From: a virus
Lineage: Duplodnaviria > Caudoviricetes
Strand: one strand, 5' to 3'
DNA: 31,774 nucleotides
IMG/VR virus record: IMGVR_UViG_3300010413_000114
Coordinates: 1-31,774 of that record
In this document: in pieces, positions 26,585 through 31,774 of the stretch
How the letters are laid out: each line of letters starts with the position of its first letter
Numbering within the stretch: position 1 is the stretch's first letter
Notes under the pieces: generated by a model
Told to the model about the DNA's origin: nothing
What the model saw: the letters and a program-made list of their open reading frames with translations, nothing else
The model's database searches: none
Position numbers and translations under genes: made by a program

Positions 26585-26613
26585 GCCATCTGGTGCTGCT
26601 GATATTGTATACC

Positions 26614-26687
26614 ATAATACCATAATTGCAATATTAATTTCTAAACACCCCCAACCTGGTCCAACAAAAATTGCAAATGCAATACTG
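26614..26687 (-). promoter_or_regulatory. Putative late promoter/operator, copy B (holin-terminase-portal operon)
   Basis: TGnTATTAT at the same offset as TATAAT in copy A; ungapped match to 8291-8352; ATTGCA-AA-TGCAAT at 26670-26683, with a near copy at 26721-26734. Confidence 0.8.
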
Positions 26688-26756
26688 ACCTACATTCCTT
26701 CAGCTGCAGAAACAACGGGGATTGCAAATGCAAATCTTTTTGTTACCGGTTCTTGG

Positions 26757-26810
26757 AAAATGCAAATTAAAATGACCTCGCCCAGACAGGGGGGGACTGC
26801 CTGGGCGAGG
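26757..26810 (-). terminator. Intrinsic terminator ending the leftward early/middle operon
   Basis: CCTCGCCCAG...CTGGGCGAGG stem (26776-26810), followed on the minus strand by TCATTTTAATTTGCATTTT. Confidence 0.75.
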
Positions 26811-26833
26811 ACTAAAAGGGTGAGGTGGTTTGA

Positions 26834-27292
26834 TTATACTACAGAAGGTCTTTGGCCTTTGATATCTGCTACCAGCTGGCCCCACTCATCAACAAACGCA
26901 CGATAGACCCATGCCCCACAATTGCCTGGCCTTAGCTGCTTTAGTTCTGTAAATGGTTTGGCCGAAACGTAGTACAGTTGTGGCGAATCTGGACGGATCT
27001 GTACCTTGTACCCTGGTTGATTAGCCTCAACTTGTCTAAGAGCTGCGTATCCTCTCAACCACACAGGCTTGACAAATTCTGGGCATCCCATTGCCTGATA
27101 TGCAGCCTCAGTTATGATGATATGACCACCCTTGGTGAATATAATCACCACCTGGTTTTTATATGCATCATAGATACCTCGCCTGAATTGTGGTGGATAC
27201 TCTTCCCATTGCTCTTCTATACTTGGTGTCTTACCATAGGTTGCAAATGGGTTATTCGCTTTAGCCCTTTCATGATTATATGAACCCGACAT
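26834..27292 (-). CDS. Hypothetical protein, possibly AbrB-like DNA-binding; candidate late regulator
   Basis: AAAGGAG RBS. IIFTKGGHIIITEAAYQAMGCPEFV suggests a swapped-hairpin fold (weak). Last gene before the late promoter. Confidence 0.55.
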   Translation of the reverse strand: MSGSYNHERAKANNPFATYGKTPSIEEQWEEYPPQFRRGIYDAYKNQVVIIFTKGGHIIITEAAYQAMGCPEFVKPVWLRGYAALRQVEANQPGYKVQIRPDSPQLYYVSAKPFTELKQLRPGNCGAWVYRAFVDEWGQLVADIKGQRPSVV

Positions 27293-27293
27293 T

Positions 27294-27551
27294 TCATTCT
27301 CCTTTCGTTATGCTGTCAATACCGATTGATATTCCGTGACCGTATTTTTCTTCGTGTTTCATTGCTGGCCGTTCTATGAAATAGGTATTCTTCCACCCTT
27401 CCATCTGATACAACACAAGCTCTTCCTCTTCCGAGATGTTCTTGCGTACACGGATCTCCGCTTCAACTGCAGCTGGGTCCGAGGTGTAGATAAGATGGGT
27501 GTACTTGGGTAGTTGTGTAGTCTTCTCAACTATCTGTATTCTTATGCTCAT
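27294..27551 (-). CDS. Hypothetical protein (85 aa)
   Basis: AGGAG RBS; ATGA coupling. Confidence 0.75.
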   Translation of the reverse strand: MSIRIQIVEKTTQLPKYTHLIYTSDPAAVEAEIRVRKNISEEEELVLYQMEGWKNTYFIERPAMKHEEKYGHGISIGIDSITKGE

Positions 27552-27838
27552 GCTGCTGCTCCTATAATCTTGATCACATCAGCGAATGACTCAGCATAAT
27601 AAATGTAACCATCGTCCCAGGTTTCTCGAAAGCTCTCTTCAGCTGGTGTCAGGTTATCCAGTTCACCCGGGGATTTCAATTCAATCAGGTATACCTTGCC
27701 TTGAAACCCAACCACAATATCCGGAAACCCATTACCTACCTGGGATGTGACTGCGACCAGGATCCCCACCTGACGTAGCAAGGCCACGATCTCAGCCTGG
27801 TTCTTATCTGATCGATGTCTCTTATATGCTGCCGTCAT
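27548..27838 (-). CDS. VRR-NUC domain nuclease (PD-(D/E)xK)
   Basis: DKNQAEIVALLRQVG...GFPDIVVG....LIELKSP...LTPAE..F...W. Confidence 0.88.
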   Translation of the reverse strand: MTAAYKRHRSDKNQAEIVALLRQVGILVAVTSQVGNGFPDIVVGFQGKVYLIELKSPGELDNLTPAEESFRETWDDGYIYYAESFADVIKIIGAAA

Positions 27839-28308
27839 AGGTCTATGTACTCCAGGACCTGGTCCCTTGGTACCCTTAGGAAGTATTCATTTTCTGGTAC
27901 CAATCTGTTCTGATTTTCTGCTATCCGATAACCATGTATTACATCACCTTCAATAATACACGCTCGTTGCAGATCATCTCTGACGGCCCAGTATTCCATA
28001 TCCTGTTGATACTTCTGGATCATGGGCCATTTACGCATCGGGATATTGATTGGGTCCAGCTTCGATGGCCAGATATCCCACCGAGGTTCCCAGCTGCGCC
28101 TCCGTTCAACTTCAATATACAAGTCGAACTCTTCTCCATTAGGTTGATACATAACCACCTTGATATCAATATCCTTTTCCCCAAATGGATACTGTTCCAC
28201 CCACTTGACCATAGCTGATCCCTTAAGATACTCCAGGACCTTTCGTTCTGCAGCTTCACTGTATTGATATTCCTGGGGATCGAATGGTTTATGCACTCCG
28301 ATTGTCAT
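27835..28308 (-). CDS. PD-(D/E)xK-like nuclease-fold protein
   Basis: AAE...DIDI...YIEVERRRSW arrangement of acidic residues; ATGA coupling. Confidence 0.55.
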   Translation of the reverse strand: MTIGVHKPFDPQEYQYSEAAERKVLEYLKGSAMVKWVEQYPFGEKDIDIKVVMYQPNGEEFDLYIEVERRRSWEPRWDIWPSKLDPINIPMRKWPMIQKYQQDMEYWAVRDDLQRACIIEGDVIHGYRIAENQNRLVPENEYFLRVPRDQVLEYIDL

Positions 28309-28532
28309 TTGATCTCTCCAATATCCTCTAAGTGAACCTTATAAATAGCCCGGGCAGGGAGGAATGTCTCTTCAATTTTCAACCAATGCCCATTCTTACA
28401 ATCATGTTCTACCATCTTTAACCAATCTTCAACTTCTAGATGGGTTGATGTATCTGTGTACACACGATAACCCTCATCGTCATGAGGATCTTTAACTGTC
28501 CAACTTGTTATTATTTGATATTGTGATGCCAT
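28305..28532 (-). CDS. Hypothetical protein (75 aa)
   Basis: AAAGGAG RBS; coupled to the next gene. Confidence 0.75.
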   Translation of the reverse strand: MASQYQIITSWTVKDPHDDEGYRVYTDTSTHLEVEDWLKMVEHDCKNGHWLKIEETFLPARAIYKVHLEDIGEIK

Positions 28533-28544
28533 TTCATTCTCCTT

Positions 28545-28805
28545 TCATTGTAGTCTCATACATAAATAGAAAAACCCAGCGATCGCAAGCAGCAGGAATA
28601 TGGATAGCATGCAACCTACGAGCGCAGAGATACACAGGCCTTCATTCTCTGATGGTGGTTCGTAGTCCCAAATCCCATCGATGTAGAAGATCTCATCAAT
28701 GGCTTGCCACCTGGACACATCAGCACCGTGTGGTCCTGTCGCCCATCTCTTTGTATCCATTACAAAATCTTCGGGTGGTTCTGTTAGTCTAGCTTCGGTC
28801 TTCAT
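28545..28805 (-). CDS. Small membrane protein (C-terminal TM)
   Basis: Acidic N-terminus with hydrophobic C-terminus; start probably ATG 28805 (ATGA overlap). Confidence 0.65.
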   Translation of the reverse strand: MKTEARLTEPPEDFVMDTKRWATGPHGADVSRWQAIDEIFYIDGIWDYEPPSENEGLCISALVGCMLSIFLLLAIAGFFYLCMRLQ

Positions 28806-29557
28806 TGGTTCCACTCCGCATATTTTTCTCGTGATTGTTTGCTGTCCGGATCTTGCTTAAGCTTCTTGAAGTTCTGCTTCTTGCCTCCTTTCCCCTCAGT
28901 CTTCCAATTAGATAAGACGGCATCCACATACGCAGGTTTGCGTACATTCTGCTCGACAGCTACATCTATAGCTTCCTTAACCCAACCTGGTGGATAATCA
29001 TCTATCCACCCCTCGATCATCTCAGCTATCCGTGGTGTTAATAGACCAATGTGCTGCTCAAAGTACGCATGTATATTCCCGATCATCACATTTCCATTGT
29101 CATCGACAACGACATCCCATCTATTCTCGTCTGTCTCTGTATCTGATTCTTGTCTTATCTGATTCTTATCTGTATCTACATCACGTATTGTGACGTTACC
29201 GTTATCCCCCTGTGATGAATACGTTTCAATGTGCTTACGCTTGCGATACTGCCTTGCCCGTTCGGCATCACTGATGGGTGCTTGTCGTTTCAACCAGTTG
29301 ACAACCAGGTACCCGGTATCCTGAGGTTTAAGAATACCCTTTGCCAATAGTTTATCTATTACTGGTACAACTTCTTCCTTTGTCCTACGTAGTCTCCAGC
29401 ATATTTCAGGTATGTCTGGTAGGTGACCACCGTTATTCAGTTCAGCTGCCATGTGAAACAAGAATGTCATCCCACCGATATCAGCAAAGGAGAAGTCCAT
29501 CAGCTTGGGATCGTCAACCATTTCTACATATGCCTTCCACCAATAGGTAGTGGTCAT
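28802..29557 (-). CDS. Phage replication initiator (replisome-organizer N-terminus plus DnaD C-terminal domain)
   Basis: YWWKAYVEMVDDPKL, VVNWLKRQ...AERARQYRKRK; DnaD-like FEQHIGLLTP...WVKEAI..AV..N.RK..YV.AVL.NW..EG. Confidence 0.88.
   Translation of the reverse strand: MTTTYWWKAYVEMVDDPKLMDFSFADIGGMTFLFHMAAELNNGGHLPDIPEICWRLRRTKEEVVPVIDKLLAKGILKPQDTGYLVVNWLKRQAPISDAERARQYRKRKHIETYSSQGDNGNVTIRDVDTDKNQIRQESDTETDENRWDVVVDDNGNVMIGNIHAYFEQHIGLLTPRIAEMIEGWIDDYPPGWVKEAIDVAVEQNVRKPAYVDAVLSNWKTEGKGGKKQNFKKLKQDPDSKQSREKYAEWNQ
29130..29206. repeat. Short repeats in the initiator linker; candidate replication origin
   Basis: TATCTGATTCTT twice (29140-29151, 29156-29167), further TATCT/TCTGT units, TCAC-N5-GTGA and CGTTA twice. 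Confidence 0.45.
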
Positions 29558-29814
29558 TCCATTCCCCCTTTCTTAGCTATCTTCTTGACGTATTCAACAG
29601 CTTTGGTATTCCTGGCTATTGTGTCGATCAGGACCAGAGTATTGTAGGCTTGAGTGATACATCTATCTGCAGACTTAAGAGATAAGCGCACCTGCGTTGA
29701 AGCAAATGCGCTTACCTGGTCCAGTTCTGCCAGGTTATCCATGACCTGCTTGATACTAGTCTTGAGATTTTCACAATCAACCATGACCTGTTCAACTGAC
29801 TCAATGATACTCAT
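29554..29814 (-). CDS. Hypothetical helical protein (86 aa)
   Basis: ATGA overlaps at both ends. Confidence 0.7.
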   Translation of the reverse strand: MSIIESVEQVMVDCENLKTSIKQVMDNLAELDQVSAFASTQVRLSLKSADRCITQAYNTLVLIDTIARNTKAVEYVKKIAKKGGME

Positions 29815-30089
29815 TGGATTGCCCTCACTGTGGAAAGCAGCACACTCATTAGCTGCTCGGCCATGTCGTACTGCCAGGAGCCTTCTTTGTTCCTCTCCAT
29901 TATCCCCACTAATGTATCTACTGTTGGTTTGGTTTTCTTATTTTCCCACTTCGTGATGGTTTGATGCGATACCCCCAGCTCATCAGCAAATTGCCTGAGT
30001 GACATCTCATGGTTGTTTCGTTGCTGCGCTACGATATTGGCGCAGACCACCAGCTTGATGTCGTTTTCGTTGGTCGTTAGATATTTCAT
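29811..30089 (-). CDS. XRE-family HTH regulator (Cro-like)
   Basis: MSLRQFADELGVSHQTITKWENKKTKP; AAAGGAGGT RBS; first gene of the leftward operon. Confidence 0.9.
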   Translation of the reverse strand: MKYLTTNENDIKLVVCANIVAQQRNNHEMSLRQFADELGVSHQTITKWENKKTKPTVDTLVGIMERNKEGSWQYDMAEQLMSVLLSTVRAIQ

Positions 30090-30125
30090 ACTACCTCCTT
30101 TCTTAAGATGGTTTGGACCACTGAT

Positions 30126-30134
30126 ATTCTACCA
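30126..30134 (-). promoter_or_regulatory. Leftward extended -10 promoter element
   Basis: TGGTAGAAT (TGn + TAGAAT) about 36 nt upstream of the HTH start; no good -35. Confidence 0.5.
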
Positions 30135-30149
30135 TTAAATGGCACCCTG

Positions 30150-30174
30150 TGTTTACAAATTTCTAATGTAAACA
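30150..30174. promoter_or_regulatory. Operator-like inverted repeat between divergent promoters
   Basis: TGTTTACA-N9-TGTAAACA perfect 8-bp inverted repeat. Confidence 0.7.
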
Positions 30175-30178
30175 ATGG

Positions 30179-30208
30179 TTGACACTTGACAGAATTCAGG
30201 TATACTAT
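30179..30208 (+). promoter_or_regulatory. Rightward sigma70-type early promoter
   Basis: TTGACA (30179-30184) with 16 nt to TATACT or 18 nt to TACTAT; a second TTGACA at 30186-30191. Confidence 0.8.
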
Positions 30209-30243
30209 AGATGGGGGCCGAACTATATCGAAAGGAGAATAAA

Positions 30244-30513
30244 ATGAACAGTGAGCTGGAATTCATCCGCTACCCCAAGAGTCAGGGAGGTCAACCCAAC
30301 CTGCGACAGGCTTGCAACCTGGGCTATTTTGACCGATACTACAATGATCATCTGATCACTGTTGAGATGGCTGAATGGCCAGGTACCCACTTCCGAGCGC
30401 AGATCTACGACAAGAACTACAAGGAATTCAATCGATGTGCTGGTGATACTGTAGCTGATGTGATCGCAGAAGCCAAGCGCATCATCGACACCAACGAGTA
30501 CGTACCATTCTAA
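30244..30513 (+). CDS. Hypothetical early protein (~89 aa)
   Basis: AAAGGAG RBS before ATG 30244; the track start at 30211 probably precedes the transcription start. Confidence 0.75.
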   Translation: MNSELEFIRYPKSQGGQPNLRQACNLGYFDRYYNDHLITVEMAEWPGTHFRAQIYDKNYKEFNRCAGDTVADVIAEAKRIIDTNEYVPF

Positions 30514-30519
30514 TAGGAG

Positions 30520-30726
30520 GTGAGTTTATTGAACCAGACTAATGACGACCGCAACACCAATATCGTAATCCGTGAGCTGGCCCGGCTGCAGATGCTCGGG
30601 CAGGTGGACCAGGCCCGGAGACTCTCGGCCATCACTGGCATTGCGCTGGATGATCGTCGAGTGCAAGAGCAACGGTGGTCCTTCCTGGGGATGGCAACTA
30701 CCCCACGGCATATGGGCCACACTTAA
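30520..30726 (+). CDS. Hypothetical early protein (68 aa)
   Basis: AGGAG directly before the GTG (short spacing); collinear with neighbours. Confidence 0.55.
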   Translation: MSLLNQTNDDRNTNIVIRELARLQMLGQVDQARRLSAITGIALDDRRVQEQRWSFLGMATTPRHMGHT

Positions 30727-30727
30727 A

Positions 30728-30756
30728 CAGGTGTGGGGTTGAGGACCCCACACCTG
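30728..30756 (+). other. 12-bp stem-loop between early genes
   Basis: CAGGTGTGGGGT-TGAGG-ACCCCACACCTG; no U-tract, so possibly a weak terminator or processing site. Confidence 0.65.
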
Positions 30757-30778
30757 CCTATTCAAGGGAGAGGTACAC

Positions 30779-31084
30779 ATGTCTACTAGTAAGGAACCAC
30801 GATGGCTGCATGATCTATGGATCGAGTCCAATCTGGCCTGGGACAAATACTATCAGATGATCTACTCTGATAAGTCGTCCCTCGAGGAAACCCAGAAGGT
30901 CCTGCATCAGGCCCAATCCAAGGAAGCATCCTACAACCTGCAGTACGCACGGTGGATTGGTGACCACAATTACACCCCATACATTTTAGAACCAATTGAA
31001 TTCCGCTTTGGCGAATTCCCCACCGGGAAAGAACTTCAGACCAACTGGTCCGAGGTTATGGAGGATTTGTACTATGAACGATGA
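30779..31084 (+). CDS. Hypothetical early protein (101 aa)
   Basis: GGAGAGG RBS before the ATG. Confidence 0.7.
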   Translation: MSTSKEPRWLHDLWIESNLAWDKYYQMIYSDKSSLEETQKVLHQAQSKEASYNLQYARWIGDHNYTPYILEPIEFRFGEFPTGKELQTNWSEVMEDLYYER

Positions 31085-31448
31085 GAAGAAGTTCAAGCAT
31101 ACTCCAGGTCCCTGGTGGTGGTGCGAGACAATGGGTGATAAGCTCTATGTACAGTCCACCAGGAAAGAAGCTAAGACCTATTACGAAGGCAATGTGGCTA
31201 AGATCCCCAATCGTAAAGGGGAAGGTGTCCATAATGCCCGTCTGATTGCTGAGGCACCCAATCTTCTACTGGCTTGCATTACTGCCCGGGTGTATCTGAA
31301 GGAACTACTCAACATGGCTCCTGATTGCGAGGAAACAGAACAGCTTGCCAATACTGTGATCTTCATAACAGATACCATCAAGCGTGCTGTCGGCCTCGAG
31401 AGTAATTACTTCTCGGATTATTACTCGAATGTGGAGGTGAAAGAGTGA
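31074..31448 (+). CDS. Conserved phage early protein (HTPGPW...NARLIAxAP family)
   Basis: KHTPGPW and NARLIAEAPNLL motifs; GGAGGA RBS before ATG 31074. Confidence 0.8.
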   Translation: MNDEKKFKHTPGPWWWCETMGDKLYVQSTRKEAKTYYEGNVAKIPNRKGEGVHNARLIAEAPNLLLACITARVYLKELLNMAPDCEETEQLANTVIFITDTIKRAVGLESNYFSDYYSNVEVKE

Positions 31449-31525
31449 GTATCCTAATCGGGTTCATCCTGTTCGTTATAGCAGTGATCTGCTTAATCCT
31501 AGTTGAAATAGATAAGAATAGATAA
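31445..31525 (+). CDS. 26-aa single-TM peptide (MSILIGFILFVIAVICLILVEIDKNR), below the ORF-track cutoff
   Basis: GGAGGTG RBS, GTGA overlap with the previous stop, and its TAA merges into the next RBS (TAAGGAG). Confidence 0.7.
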   Translation: MSILIGFILFVIAVICLILVEIDKNR

Positions 31526-31535
31526 GGAGTGAGTG

Positions 31536-31774
31536 ATGAAACTTGTACCTGTGAAATGTCCCTATTGTGGGAATGAATTCAAGGTAGACACACATAACAT
31601 CCAATTGGTGTATGTCGACTCTACCCCTGCTGTAATCGAATGTGATACCACCGAGGGCAACCTACCATTTGGCCAGGCTTGCGGTAAGATGTTCGCAGTA
31701 CGTATCCGGTGGGTGCCTAAGGTTACTACCTATACAGTGGAAGAAGCTGTTGCACCAGCTAATCGTCACAGATT
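31536..31774 (+). CDS. Zinc-ribbon protein, truncated by the window edge
   Basis: AAGGAG RBS; MKLVPVKCPYCGNEF...IEC...ACGKMF; frame open to the end of the window. Confidence 0.75.
   Translation, partial: MKLVPVKCPYCGNEFKVDTHNIQLVYVDSTPAVIECDTTEGNLPFGQACGKMFAVRIRWVPKVTTYTVEEAVAPANRHR

Larger units (their letters stand above)
1..31774. mobile_element. Tailed phage / prophage genome segment (podovirus-like)
   Basis: Contains terminase small/large, portal, scaffold, major capsid, holin-like, replication initiator and HTH genes. Genes are densely packed with many ATGA/TGATG/TAATG overlaps. No host housekeeping genes are seen. Confidence 0.96.

Noticed and set aside
8291-26687. 62-bp duplicate as att sites or terminal repeats
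   Set aside because: Identity is only blockwise, both copies lie inside the phage gene set, and each sits at a fixed distance from a -10 box ahead of an operon, which fits a promoter better.
26237-29557. Host assignment (monoderm, e.g. Chloroflexota or Bacillota) from the DnaD domain and holin type
   Set aside because: Suggestive only; it cannot be supported without homology searches or flanking host DNA.
387-29956. Numerous plus-strand ORFs (60-170 aa) opposite the minus-strand genes, and short alternative-frame ORFs
   Set aside because: They are antisense or out-of-frame shadows of well-supported genes, with no recognisable motifs.
30510-31381. Minus-strand ORFs opposite the rightward early genes
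   Set aside because: The plus-strand genes have the promoter, RBSs and translational coupling; the minus-strand ORFs show none of these.
1-31774. Stop-codon reassignment
   Set aside because: The standard code gives dense, full-length genes, and TAA, TAG and TGA all serve as stops.

Overview
The whole window is part of a tailed dsDNA phage or prophage genome. It looks podovirus-like: epsilon15/BPP-1-type capsid and cement genes, and no tape measure or sheath gene in view. No integrase, att site, tRNA or CRISPR array is visible. A divergent promoter region at ~30.1-30.2 kb drives small rightward early genes and a leftward early/middle operon (XRE HTH, DnaD-type replication initiator, two PD-(D/E)xK nucleases). 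That operon ends in a terminator at ~26.8 kb. A leftward late region follows: holin-like genes, terminase small and large subunits, portal, small basic or low-complexity proteins, a ~4,090-aa giant polyvalent protein, scaffold, major capsid, cement, three glycosyltransferases, an FmdB-type Zn ribbon and further small putative structural genes. Highlights: (1) the giant protein has two ADP-ribosyltransferase-like modules flanking an apparently nested duplication of a zincin peptidase unit (one HExxH copy, one degenerate) that encloses a GP88-like Fe-S/radical-SAM-like domain, with recurring L[FY][QK] junction motifs; (2) a capsid-linked glycosylation cassette that includes a GT61 enzyme and a Maf/sialyltransferase-like-GT2 fusion; (3) a 62-bp element repeated without gaps upstream of both late operons; (4) strong over-representation of CCTGGTC/GACCAGG. 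All family calls come from motif recognition by eye; no database search was run.
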